Positions 51,188-61,316 of a DNA stretch of 64,000 bases are shown piece by piece. The DNA lies in contig CAVZJV010000014.1 in NCBI GenBank assembly GCA_963775685.1, positions 1,568,001 through 1,632,000 on the forward strand. Reading direction: 5' to 3'. The first letter of the stretch is position 1. Each line of letters opens with the position of its first letter. The notes under the pieces were generated by a model. That model saw nothing but the letters and a program-made list of their open reading frames with translations. It was not told where the DNA came from and made no database searches. The position numbers were made by a program, and so were the translations under genes. The stretch comes from Candidatus Bathyarchaeota archaeon. Lineage in GTDB: Archaea > Thermoproteota > Bathyarchaeia > Bathyarchaeales > Bathycorpusculaceae.

Positions 51188-53827
51188 TTATGGTCGCTTT
51201 CTAAGCGTTATCAAAGCTAGCACAATGCCAACTATGATTATGACAACGATTATAGCGGCAACTGACGCCAGGAAGTATTGATCGGCCATGGATGGTGCTG
51301 CGGTTGGGCCTGGAGATATTGTTGGTGCTGGATTTACAACTGTGAAGGATGTTTCACCAGATGATGGATAGTATGCTTCGGTTCCTGCAAAGTTAGCGAT
51401 GACCGTGTAGTCGCCAGTTATGTCGGGTGTCCATGTGAAGGTAAACATGCCGCTGCCATCACTTGTGGTGGTGCCTATTTGTCTATAGTTTCCGTTTGAG
51501 TCAAGAACCTCGATTGAAACTGGAACACCAGTAACGGTGGTTGGGCATGGCTGCTGCATGTAAACATACTCCATCCATCCCTTCTGGCTTTCATCGGAAA
51601 CAGCTGGAACGCCGTAGGGGAAGTTTGCTGCTGGTGCTTCTTGTTTTGTGCCTGCCGAAACGTCGAGTACAGTTCCGCTGATAACCAGAGGTCTGTCTAG
51701 GTCAATTGCTGTTTTTGGTGCATCTACTGAAAGTGCGCTTGAGCCTTTACCAAAAGCGTATATTTGATTGTCGTATGCGTTGAGTGTTACCATGACACCG
51801 TCAGAAATAGCTGGTGCACTAGTAACATCGAAGGCATCAATGCTCCAGACGACTGAGCCATCTGTAACATTGATTGCTAGCTGCTGAGCATTGTGAAAAA
51901 GCGGCGGGCTATACATGTGGCCTTCGGGGACGAATAGTTTGCCATCTGCGACTGTTCCAACAGTGAAGGTCCATAGGGGTTCAATGCCATAGGGTGACTC
52001 GTAGCCGCCGGACGGAGTGTGGTATTCCCAGTTGATCATACCAGTACTAATCTGAAATGCATATACGTCTCCGCCGTAGGTCCATAGGTAGATTATGCCG
52101 TTAGCGACAACATATTGCATACCTAGAGAGGCAAAAGGATTGACGTTTGGAAGTGCGACTGGTCCCCAAGCTTTATTGCCTGTGCTCAGGAGATAACCTG
52201 TAGCTGTTAGTGCGCTTGAGTCGAATTCTACGTAATAGCCGTTGGCCATAGTGGTGCCTCCAAGAAGTACCCTTGCATATGGAGTTAAGGTGCGGTTGGT
52301 TATCCACATAAATGAACCATCGTTTGCATTGAAAGCTGCTTCAATTTGGAATCCAGATTGGTAGATTGCTGCGCCAGCGCTGGCTAGTGCTATCATGAGA
52401 ACTACTCCGCTGTTGACTCCAGAAATTGTAAGGCTAGATGCTGTTGGAATTGGGACTCCTTGGGTGTTGAAGGCAGGTGGCAGGGGAACGCCTGATATGT
52501 TGGTTGGTAATTTTACTGTCCATTCGATTCCTAATGCAAAGTTTATGATTGAGCCGAGAACAGGTCTCCATACCCAACTGTTTTCCTGTGGAGTACTGGG
52601 TAAACCGCCATATGCGTATGGTGTGCCAAGGTTGATGCATTTGGTCGAGTTCCACATGTTCAGTGTGCGGTCGGTGTTGTTGACATAGTAGCCTATCATG
52701 TTTCCACCTTCATCTTCTGTTAGGGTCATTGAACTGCCGTTTACGATACTCAATATGTAGTTCCCTGTCATAGCATCCCACATGCTGTACGTGAGTCCGG
52801 TGAATGCTGCTGATGCTGAGAGATAACCAAGTGGGTTTCCTGTGGTCCATATGTAAGCTAGTGCACCGTATTGGTTGGGGGTGGTGTATTGCAATAGTTG
52901 ACCACACCTTAGAATCGAGGTTGAATTTATTGTCCATATCGTTTGTCCAGTATGTAAATTCACTGCGGCAATGCCTGTTGGGTTGGTAACACTTCCGGGA
53001 TACATTTCGTAGTAGAGAATGCCGTTAATGATTACTGGCGCGAATTTTGGTTCGTATTGTGAAGTTGAATAGTAGTTGCCTGTTTCAGAACCTCCGAATT
53101 CTCCGCCGATGGTTCCTCCGAATGCTTCAGGTTTGGTCCACAGTATATGAGCACTGTTTGGGGCAGTTGTGTAAGGATTATAGTTTGTGCTTGCATTGTA
53201 CATTCCTGTATTCGCAAACGTGGATGGTCCAAAGCCAAGCCAGTTGCCGGCAATTGAATACCAATTGTTATTCTCAGCGTAGATTGGGCGTGTCCAATAA
53301 GTGGTTGGAAGGGGATTTTCGCCGGCATAGGATATTTGATCTTCTTGGACTGTGACTTTGAATACGTTGCTTTTGCTGGGTTGATAATAGTCACCGATAA
53401 ATTCGTTAGGAGCTACACCGGGGAAGGGATTGTTGCCTGCTAATGTTTGTCCAGGAAAACTCATTTGGAAGGTGTAGTTGCCTAATATATCTGGTGTGTA
53501 GGTTGTGTGAGCTCCACCGGTAGCATCTGATGTGAATGGTCCAAGGGTTTCAGTTGTTCCATCAGGCTTTGTCACTAGTATAGTCATTCCTTGCCATCTG
53601 TCACCAAACTGTGCGTTGGCTGTTGGTGGAGGTTCGTTAACCCAGAAGTTTACGTTAACTGTTTGTCCTACGCCTATAGGATTAGGTGAAACACTGCAGA
53701 AGGTATATGTTGGGATTTGATATGGTGGTGAATGCGCATTAGTAGTTGGCACTAGTACCATTGAAGCTTCCATAGAAATTGTCAAAAACAAAACGATCAA
53801 AATAGCTGATATTTTATTTTTCATCAT
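51188..53827 (-). CDS. Large (879 aa) PQQ-like beta-propeller surface protein with Ig-like domains and C-terminal TM anchor
   Basis: Signal peptide, many N-x-S/T sequons, propeller blades, FTWTPD..G.YTV.A.F.G Ig-like domain, TM plus RKRP. Confidence 0.9.
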   Translation of the reverse strand: MMKNKISAILIVLFLTISMEASMVLVPTTNAHSPPYQIPTYTFCSVSPNPIGVGQTVNVNFWVNEPPPTANAQFGDRWQGMTILVTKPDGTTETLGPFTSDATGGAHTTYTPDILGNYTFQMSFPGQTLAGNNPFPGVAPNEFIGDYYQPSKSNVFKVTVQEDQISYAGENPLPTTYWTRPIYAENNNWYSIAGNWLGFGPSTFANTGMYNASTNYNPYTTAPNSAHILWTKPEAFGGTIGGEFGGSETGNYYSTSQYEPKFAPVIINGILYYEMYPGSVTNPTGIAAVNLHTGQTIWTINSTSILRCGQLLQYTTPNQYGALAYIWTTGNPLGYLSASAAFTGLTYSMWDAMTGNYILSIVNGSSMTLTEDEGGNMIGYYVNNTDRTLNMWNSTKCINLGTPYAYGGLPSTPQENSWVWRPVLGSIINFALGIEWTVKLPTNISGVPLPPAFNTQGVPIPTASSLTISGVNSGVVLMIALASAGAAIYQSGFQIEAAFNANDGSFMWITNRTLTPYARVLLGGTTMANGYYVEFDSSALTATGYLLSTGNKAWGPVALPNVNPFASLGMQYVVANGIIYLWTYGGDVYAFQISTGMINWEYHTPSGGYESPYGIEPLWTFTVGTVADGKLFVPEGHMYSPPLFHNAQQLAINVTDGSVVWSIDAFDVTSAPAISDGVMVTLNAYDNQIYAFGKGSSALSVDAPKTAIDLDRPLVISGTVLDVSAGTKQEAPAANFPYGVPAVSDESQKGWMEYVYMQQPCPTTVTGVPVSIEVLDSNGNYRQIGTTTSDGSGMFTFTWTPDITGDYTVIANFAGTEAYYPSSGETSFTVVNPAPTISPGPTAAPSMADQYFLASVAAIIVVIIIVGIVLALITLRKRP

Positions 53828-53851
53828 TAGAATTTTTCTTCCTTTTCTTTC

Positions 53852-53880
53852 GTTGAGAAGAAAAAAGGGTCCTTCTCAAC
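53852..53880 (-). promoter_or_regulatory. 5'-leader hairpin GTTGAGAAG..CTTCTCAAC
   Basis: 9-bp inverted repeat between a TATA-like TTTTTTAA (~53905-53912) and AAGGAAGAAAAA. Confidence 0.6.
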
Positions 53881-54244
53881 ACTTAATAATTAATTCATTG
53901 TAGGTTAAAAAACTTGCCGATTTGTCGCAAGTACCTTATTAACTGATTTTCTATTGACAATTTTCATAAAATTTTTTTAATTTTAAATTTAATAAACTAC
54001 GTCTACCGAGTGGCGAGTGGTAATGGCTTACTGTTTTTATTTTCTGGATGCGTACAAGATGGAAATTCAGAAAACTTGAGTTGGTTGATAAAATAAAAAC
54101 TGTTTTCTAAGAAATAAGGGCCAATAACCAAGATCATCGACTTCGTCTATTTCTTCAAACCAATAAAGTCAAGACAAAAAAATATCTTCAAATATGAATT
54201 CTGCCTTCATAAAATATTAGAAGCAAATTCTTCTAAAACAAATT

Positions 54245-54311
54245 GGGTTGAGAGGGAATGCATTTGATGGCTCGCCATCACACCTTGCATCTTCCACACA
54301 ACTCTCAACCC
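54245..54311. ncRNA. Candidate structured RNA (long bulged hairpin)
   Basis: GGGTTGAGAG/CTCTCAACCC outer stem, GGAATGCA/TGCATCTTCC middle stem, TGATGG-CTCG-CCATCA cap; intergenic. Confidence 0.5.
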
Positions 54312-54691
54312 GCCTATTTGATAGATTAAACTTGTTGTTAAGGAATTAGAATTTTTGAATTTATAGAAAGAAGAAAAAATAACTCCTCAGAAGCACCATA
54401 CCTATTAGCCATTGAAGCTAAAATAGGAGTCAACAAATTAGTCTTCAAAGAAGTATATTTGTCCATTCTCAACAGACCAACTCAGACACCTAGTTTTCTC
54501 AATTTTTTTTTCAGTATAAAACAAAAGCCACCTGAAACAAAATGTGTAGTAGTAAACAAGACTTTATTCCAAAACACTAAAAACAATTCTGTCATCGACA
54601 CATCAAAACCGCTCTAAATCTTGTTGGTTCGTCCAACATATTTTTGTGTCTACTAGGTTTATACTAAACGGAAAGATTTAGCGTTAGTTGA

Positions 54692-55705
54692 GTGGATTGT
54701 TTGCCTAGTTTGAAAATTAGCGTTAATGTTGGAGAGGGCTATAACGATCCGATGCGGTTCGTAGAATGCGCGGTTGTGGCTGAAAGATATGGGTTTGATG
54801 CTGTTTGGTTTGGTGATCATCTTTTGCCTTGGATACATAACCAAAACAAGTCAGCTTTTGTATGGTCGGTTATGGCTTCGGCTCTTGACAGGACCAATAG
54901 CATCAAGGTAGGTCCCATTGTTACTTCACCGATAGGGGGTAGATACCATCCCGCAATCATCGGACAAGCAGCTGCAACCTTAGATAACATGTACCCTGGA
55001 AGATTCCAGCTTGGGGTTGGTTCGGGCGAAGCAATTAATGAAGTCAACTTCTTTCCAAAAGGATGGCCGAGATGGCAGGAGAGGATTGACAGGTTGGCTG
55101 AAGCGATTGTTTTGATGAAGAGGATGTGGGAAAGCGAAGAATACTTCAATCATCAAGGTAAACATTTCAATATGAACAACTTCTTGCTCTATACAAAGCC
55201 TAAAACCAAGATTCCTATTTATTTTGCAGCTCAAGGAAGAAAAGCAGCATCTTATTCAGGGATTTATGGAGATCATCTCGTAACTGTAAACTCAGCGGAA
55301 AATTGTCGAGATGTGATTTTCCCGACCTTTGAGGAATCTGCTAGAAAAGTTGGAAAGGATCCGTCAGTTATGGAGAAGATGGTTGAAGTTTCCCTCTATT
55401 TTACCGAAAAGAATGCAGGTGTTGAAGAAGTTAAAAGATCTGGAGAAGCTGGTTTTTTTGCCGTTGGCTCTTTTGATGAAACGGATCCAAGAAAGGTCCA
55501 AGAAATGTCTAATACTGTGGTTGATGAAACGGTTTTAGCCAATTTCTGTTTCGTTTCCTCGCCAGACGATATTATTGAGGCAATTGAAAAATATGCGTAT
55601 GCGGGTGCGACGCATGTGGAACTCGTGACCCATTCATTCCCTGAAAGAATAGAGTTAATCGGAGAAAAAGTTCTGCCTTATTTCCTTAAAACAGAAAAAG
55701 GGTAG
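54692..55705 (+). CDS. LLM-class (probably F420-dependent, G6PDH-like) oxidoreductase
   Basis: AERYGFD.VWFGDHLLPW, RYHPAIIGQAAATLD.MYPGRF.LGVGSGEAINE. Confidence 0.9.
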   Translation: MDCLPSLKISVNVGEGYNDPMRFVECAVVAERYGFDAVWFGDHLLPWIHNQNKSAFVWSVMASALDRTNSIKVGPIVTSPIGGRYHPAIIGQAAATLDNMYPGRFQLGVGSGEAINEVNFFPKGWPRWQERIDRLAEAIVLMKRMWESEEYFNHQGKHFNMNNFLLYTKPKTKIPIYFAAQGRKAASYSGIYGDHLVTVNSAENCRDVIFPTFEESARKVGKDPSVMEKMVEVSLYFTEKNAGVEEVKRSGEAGFFAVGSFDETDPRKVQEMSNTVVDETVLANFCFVSSPDDIIEAIEKYAYAGATHVELVTHSFPERIELIGEKVLPYFLKTEKG

Positions 55706-55882
55706 CAACTATTAGCTTAGTAGCTTAGCTTCAGATTTTCTATTCCTCGTTACTAACACGGGCATTGCTACGATAACAACCACTGTTCCCACTCCAGCCA
55801 CTACTCCAACCATTATTTCAACTAATTTTTTGCACTGTAAATCAAACAAGAAAGCAAAAAGAAACCCCATTTGTTGAAGTAG

Positions 55883-55928
55883 TGGTGGGCCGAGCCGGAC
55901 TTGAACCGGAGACCTGTGGCTCGTAAAG
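55883..55928 (-). repeat. Duplicated 3' half of tRNA-Val (att-like direct repeat)
   Basis: 46 nt matching 56706-56751 with 4 mismatches; runs from the anticodon loop to CCA. Confidence 0.9.
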
Positions 55929-55989
55929 GAAAAGTTTTGTACTTTGGTTTTCAAGACTTTGTTTAGAAGAGCTTCCGACGAATAATCCT

Positions 55990-56372
55990 TTAGAGTACAG
56001 TTATTCTTGGGGTCTCAAACTTCAGGAAGTCTTTATCTCTTGTTATAAGCAGTTCGTTATTTGCAGCTGCTACACCTGCTATCAGCACGTCAAGTTCGTT
56101 TACCTTCTTACCTTTCTCCTTTAACTTACTGTATAAGTTCACCGCTTTATTCATTGAAGCCTCCTCAAAATCGTAGATAACAAACTGCCTAAATCAATTC
56201 TGATACCAAACTTAAATTTTTCTTCTTTGTCCCTTTGAGCAATTCGTATTCAGTGATGATTGTTATAGCCATCCTCTCATTTTTAGAATAGGTCAATCAA
56301 GTCCAAGACAGATTTCTTTTGCTTCAAAGCATCGATAATTATGGAGGAATCAAACACAACCAACTGAATCAC
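55990..56372 (-). pseudogene. vapC: VapC PIN-domain toxin, apparently with two frameshifts
   Basis: Hand translation VVFDSSIIID...ITEYELLKG...ELDVLIAGVA..N...LITRDKDF. Confidence 0.85.
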
Positions 56373-56614
56373 TCGATATCGGTCTTGCGTTGAACTGCAA
56401 GCTTTCTGCCCTTCTCCACCGCGGTAACCATTTCTTCAGCGTCCTCTTCGCTTGAAGGCTCATGTGAATTCAGAAACTTTAGAATCTTTTTTGGGTCGCC
56501 TTTATTCTCATATTGGTCAATTAGAGTTTTGAGTAACTCTGTGAATGATTTCCCGTTTTTCATTCGTGAAAGCTCGAAATAAACCTCATCGGATATTGAT
56601 ATTACTCGAACCAT
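56369..56614 (-). CDS. vapB: VapB-type (DUF217-like) antitoxin
   Basis: VISISDEVY.EL.RMK..KSFTELL; overlaps the vapC start. Confidence 0.85.
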   Translation of the reverse strand: MVRVISISDEVYFELSRMKNGKSFTELLKTLIDQYENKGDPKKILKFLNSHEPSSEEDAEEMVTAVEKGRKLAVQRKTDIE

Positions 56615-56705
56615 CAGTATTTACCTGTATTCTATATCTATACATACAATGCATATTTTATTTTTCACAAGAAATATCCTTGCAACAGCGAAGCAAAATG
56701 CAAAA

Positions 56706-56783
56706 TGGTGGGCCGAGCCGGACTCGGACCGGCGACCTTTGGCTCGTAAAGCCAACGTCCTAACCAGGCTAGACGACCGGCCC
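56706..56783 (-). tRNA. tRNA-Val (anticodon TAC), CCA encoded, no intron
   Basis: Cloverleaf GGGCCGG...TTGGC-TTTACGA-GCCAA...GCCGG-TCCGAGT-CCGGC-TCGGCCC-ACCA. Confidence 0.93.
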
Positions 56784-56929
56784 ACACGGGTGTTTGATTA
56801 ACTGATTGCATTGGTTAATATTAGAATTTTGTTTCCCGAGGTATTTATTATTTGAACTGCCCTGCAAACACTGACGCCTTTACTGAAAGCCAATGAGCCT
56901 TCGAGTATTTCTGGAGTTAGAGCTCGTGT

Positions 56930-58112
56930 TCAACTTTTCCTTATACTTTTTTTCCAGTTAGCAAGAAACAGTACTGTCAAGACAGAACATGTTATTCCTG
57001 CAATTAAGAACACCCCATTAAAGCCAAGCGCCGAGAAGATTGGGTTAAAGATTATTGGGGGCAAAAACTGACCTATAAAAAGAAATGTTGTAAGGTAGGA
57101 TATCATTCTGCCTCGGACACATGTTTTCGTTAGTTCGCCCACCCAAAGATTTAGGGTAGGCATAACCATTCCTTGACCTACCCCAAATAGCACCATCATA
57201 ACTAACACAGATAATATGCTGATAGTTTGAGATAACAAGATCAAACCAAAAGTCCATAGGCCGAGCCCAACAAACGCAATAACGTTATATGAAAATTTAG
57301 ATTTAATTCTTTTATACATAAGAGCGCTTATTGCTGCAGCAACCCCCATGGCACCAATAAATAAGCTTATGACTAAACTGTTATTGATAGCAAAAGTCCT
57401 AGTCAAAAGCTGAGGGATGAAAGTAACATTCGTGTAAAGTAAGACCATCAGCCATAAACCCAAACCATAAACTGCAAAGATGAAAGGCTTTTGTTTAACT
57501 GTCTGGAGCACTGAAATATTATGCATCGCTTCGGTTTCGGGTTTTCTTTTGTCAAAGGCGTCTGGTATGATGAGCCATGCAAGCAAACCTATAGGGATAC
57601 CGGTTAAATAGATGCCGAAGGGTAAATTCCAAGCTAACAGTCCTAATGCACCCCCTAAAAGCGGCCAAATTACTCCTCCTAGTGAAGCTGTGCTAGCTTG
57701 CCAACCCATGATTTTGCTACATTCTTCCCCTTTGTAAGCATTCAGAATCAATAATATAAGCGGATTAGCTATCGCAGCTACAGCAATGCCAAGAAAAGCT
57801 CGGCTAATTAGCATAGTTGTTATATCTGTAACGAAAAGACCTGAAGCTCCCGCAATACCATAAAGTATTAAGCCATAAGCGAATGGCTTTTTGGAACCTA
57901 TTTTGTCGATAATGATTCCGAAAATTGGACTAAAAATTGCGATAAACAAGGCGTGAGTGGTTATAACAAACCGGATATTATTCTCATCAGCGCCCTGCAG
58001 ATTTCCCTGCATCAAACTTATAACTGGTGAAATGATAGAACCGGCCATAACAGCTTAAGGTACCAGCTGCTAAAACGATGAATAACGCTTTTTTCTTAGT
58101 TGCTTCACTCAT
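56930..58112 (-). CDS. MFS transporter, +1 frameshift near 58055
   Basis: G.I.DKIG.K motif A, RAFLG, about 12 TM helices; ATG 58112 is one base out of frame with the main ORF. Confidence 0.88.
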
Positions 58113-58149
58113 TGGATACATTTCCAGTGTTTTCGTTTTACTACTATAA

Positions 58150-58400
58150 TGTTCTTAAACATCTTTTCAAGCAACCATAGCATAGACTTTTCATTCTAGC
58201 TAAACTCGATGTGAGAGCTTCGGTAAGTCGCTTAGAGACACTTATTAATTTTGGTTCTTTTGCTTGCCTTTTCGTGGTTAGCATATTTTGTACGCTCTGA
58301 CGTTTGCTTCATCTCTTTTCTATCGCATATCCTTTCTTGCAGAAGCTTAGCTATCGCCTAGCCATCGTTGCTTTGTCCACTCTAAAAATTAGAATTATGT
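58150..58400 (-). pseudogene. Degraded MarR family regulator
   Basis: Pieces read FRVDKATMAR / IAKLLQE / RDEANVRAYK across several frames; directly upstream of the MFS gene; limits approximate. Confidence 0.6.
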
Positions 58401-58555
58401 TTCCTAGGTGGCTATCTAATTTTGTTCAATAACAAGTAAACTCTATATCCTTCAAAGAATCTTCACGAGTAGTCAGGAAAGCATCCAGTTCGAAACCCTC
58501 TCAATCGGCTGTTAAATTCATGAGGGATCAAAACAAAAAGTCAATCAAGGATTAA

Positions 58556-59471
58556 ATGGAAATGAAGATCTTAATATGCGGTAAAGGTGGAAGCGGAAAA
58601 AGTACAGTGGCTGCAGTTTTAGCCAAGAGCTTGCAGAGCGAAGGCTACCGTGTGATAGTTGTAGATGCTGATGAGTCAAACTATGGCCTTAGCGCCCAAC
58701 TTGGTCTTGCAGCTCCCAAGGAATTGATGGATCAAATCGGCGGAAAGAAGGCAGTGCAGGGCAAGATGGGCAGAGTTCAAGGTGATGGCCACAAAGCGCC
58801 TGTCTTCACTGAATTATGGGGCATCGACGATATCCCAGCGGAGGTTGTTTCAAAGAAAGACAGCTTGTATTTGGTGCAGGTTGGAAAGGTCAAGCATTAC
58901 GGTGAAGGCTGCGCCTGCCCAATGGGGGTGCTGTCCAAAGATTTCCTTAACCATCTATCGTTGGGTCCAAAGGATGTCGCTATCGTTGACACTGAAGCCG
59001 GCGTTGAGCATTTGGGGCGAGGCTTAGGCGGCAGCGTTGACCTCATTCTGGGAGTTATCGACCCCTCCTACGAGTCTATTAAGCTGTCTGAGAAATTCTC
59101 AGCCATGGCAGAAGAAAGCAAAAAACCCATACGATTCATCCTCAACAAAGTTGACAGCAACCTTGCCGGCGAGATTTTAGTTAAAGTTGGCCGAGAAAAG
59201 GTCGTCGGAGTTTTGCCCTTCAGCAAATCTGTTCAAGAAAAAGGCTTATTGGGAAAGCAAAAAACCCATACGATTCATCCTCAACAAAGTTGACAGCAAC
59301 CTTGCCGGCGAGATTTTAGTTAAAGTTGGCCGAGAAAAGGTCGTCGGAGTTTTGCCCTTCAGCAAATCTGTTCAAGAAAAAGGCTTATTGGGCAAAGCAC
59401 TTGACCCCCAGTCACTCAACATTGCGACTGCCACACGCTTTGTCCTAAACGCTCTAAACGAGAAAATTTAA
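58556..59471 (+). CDS. cooC: CooC/MinD-type nickel-insertion ATPase, disrupted by a 139-bp tandem duplication
   Basis: GKGGSGKS, VDADES, GCACP metal motif, DTEAGVEHLGRG, LNKV. Confidence 0.85.
59114..59391 (+). repeat. Exact 139-bp tandem duplication
   Basis: GAAAGCAAAAAACCCATACG...GGCTTATTGG at 59114-59252 and 59253-59391. Confidence 0.95.
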
Positions 59472-60144
59472 AGGGTAATCTCTTGAATCCACAATGGAAA
59501 ACGTGACGACGTGACGTTTCTGGATAGCTGATTCAAGAAATTGTTAAAAGTTGTCGGATGAGACAGACAGCACAAGGTTTAATGATTATATATTTTAGTG
59601 CTTGATAGGTGGTTTCTTTTTACTAGGTGACTATATTTGTGTTTTTATAGTCACATTATTTAAGGAGTTTTTTTTGAGGGCGCGGTATTTTTTTGAAATG
59701 AGCTCTAAATGTGGGCGTATGTTGTTACCCTTTTCGTATGCTTGCAGCACGGCGTAGTATTGTATTCGGTCCTTTAGTTCGATGTTTAAGGGCGGAAAAT
59801 TCTGTTTTAATAATATGTTGTTTAAAAGTAACTGTCCTACTCTGCTGTTGCCATCTTGAAATGGGTGATTACCTCAAACGGGTTATGAACCACGGCGCCT
59901 AAAACTATGGGTTGGCACTCCTTCTTGTTTTGGTTGTACCATCGCACAAGTTTTTTGAGCAAGGTATCTATCTGCTGCGTAAGACAAGCCTGTCAGGGTC
60001 ATTTCCTTGCGCAGTAATTTTGCCTTGCATGTCTAAGCTGCAGACCATCCAGTCCGCCAGTTAAAAAAATAAGTCGTTGAGTGGAGGAACCGCTGGGATT
60101 TGAACAAGATCGAATGCACCCGGGCACATGGTTACATCGTACAT

Positions 60145-61101
60145 CTAATCATGTTGACTACACTCGGGAGGCTGCTTGTGCTCGAAGAGCAACGGCAAAC
60201 CAACCATTGGAATTGATAATAGCCACAAGTTAAGGTTTCCCAAGAACCACAAGTACCAGTAGCTCCACGTTTCATTCCTTCCAAAGAAAATCCATGAGAG
60301 GTAATTCCAAAGGAAGAACAAGCCCAACACAGTGATGATAGCGCCGATTGTTTGAACCTCAAATTTTTCCACGTTTTCGGTCCCCATAGATTTTTTCGCG
60401 AAATAAGCAGTAAAAATTGTCAGTGCAAGCATTCCAAATGAGGTTAAAGTGAAACTAAGCAGATTTTCTGGGTAGGCAGTCAAATAATGGATTTCTTGTC
60501 GCAATACGGTTGATACCCAGATAGCAGTACTGGTAAGCCAGAACACCAAAACGTAAACCGTGCCCGCAATCAACCCCCACTTTATTGCTCCTTTCACTGG
60601 TTTGTTTGGGTTCAATTCGTATGATAGCTTGAACAACACAGTAGGAATAACAATGGATTCGATGAGTAAGGGTATTTCATAAATTAGAAGGGAAACAAAA
60701 ATTGGAAGCGTTGAAATATGCCCATTAACACGCCATATGGTGAAACCAAACGTAGATGTTAAGGTCAGAACAGCTGTAGTCAACAGCCCCAGCCAGTAAA
60801 TGGCTTCCCCAAACAGAACCAGTCTAACCAGTTTCTTTATCCTCTGTGTTGGAAGACCTTTTCTTATAAAGTAGAGAATGACGCCCCCTAAAGCGACTGC
60901 GCTGGCTACAAGTCTGAAGGCAATCCCGATCGCTCCAGAAATGTCCTCGGCGAAAATGATAAACCGAAGGGAGCCGTTGAAAGATTCCCATTCGCCAATC
61001 CACGAAAGAGTAAACATCGCATGGAATGTAAAAAGGAAGTATGCTAGAACGACTATAAGGAAACCGATTTTTGGTGGAGAATAGAAACTATGCTTTAGCA
61101 T
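60145..61101 (-). CDS. Multi-pass membrane protein of unknown function
   Basis: About 8 hydrophobic segments; start placed at MLKHSF. Confidence 0.8.
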   Translation of the reverse strand: MLKHSFYSPPKIGFLIVVLAYFLFTFHAMFTLSWIGEWESFNGSLRFIIFAEDISGAIGIAFRLVASAVALGGVILYFIRKGLPTQRIKKLVRLVLFGEAIYWLGLLTTAVLTLTSTFGFTIWRVNGHISTLPIFVSLLIYEIPLLIESIVIPTVLFKLSYELNPNKPVKGAIKWGLIAGTVYVLVFWLTSTAIWVSTVLRQEIHYLTAYPENLLSFTLTSFGMLALTIFTAYFAKKSMGTENVEKFEVQTIGAIITVLGLFFLWNYLSWIFFGRNETWSYWYLWFLGNLNLWLLSIPMVGLPLLFEHKQPPECSQHD

Positions 61102-61316
61102 TGTATTTATTAGACAAGTATTTGCCAATTTGCTTTTATTTTTTTGGTTATGATAATGGGCACATAAATACCAAAAACAGCTATCGTCTTGGAACATTGT
61201 CTAATTTTCAGGATTACCGTTTATTCCCTATTTGATTTCCTAATTTTATATTGCCTAAATAATATAAAATGTACCATAAACCTTGAAGCGCTCAGGCTCA
61301 TTCATAAATGTTGAGT

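Larger units (their letters stand above)
55883..56783 (-). mobile_element. tRNA-Val-anchored mini-island or remnant carrying vapBC
   Basis: Bounded by the intact tRNA and its 3' duplicate; no integrase inside. Confidence 0.7.

Noticed and set aside
51030-51281. 83-aa plus-strand ORF
   Set aside because: Overlaps the terminator and 3' end of the 879-aa gene on the opposite strand; no motif
59700-60130. Intergenic stretch of moderate GC as a possible IS remnant or RNA
   Set aside because: No terminal inverted repeats, transposase motif or convincing stem set found by eye
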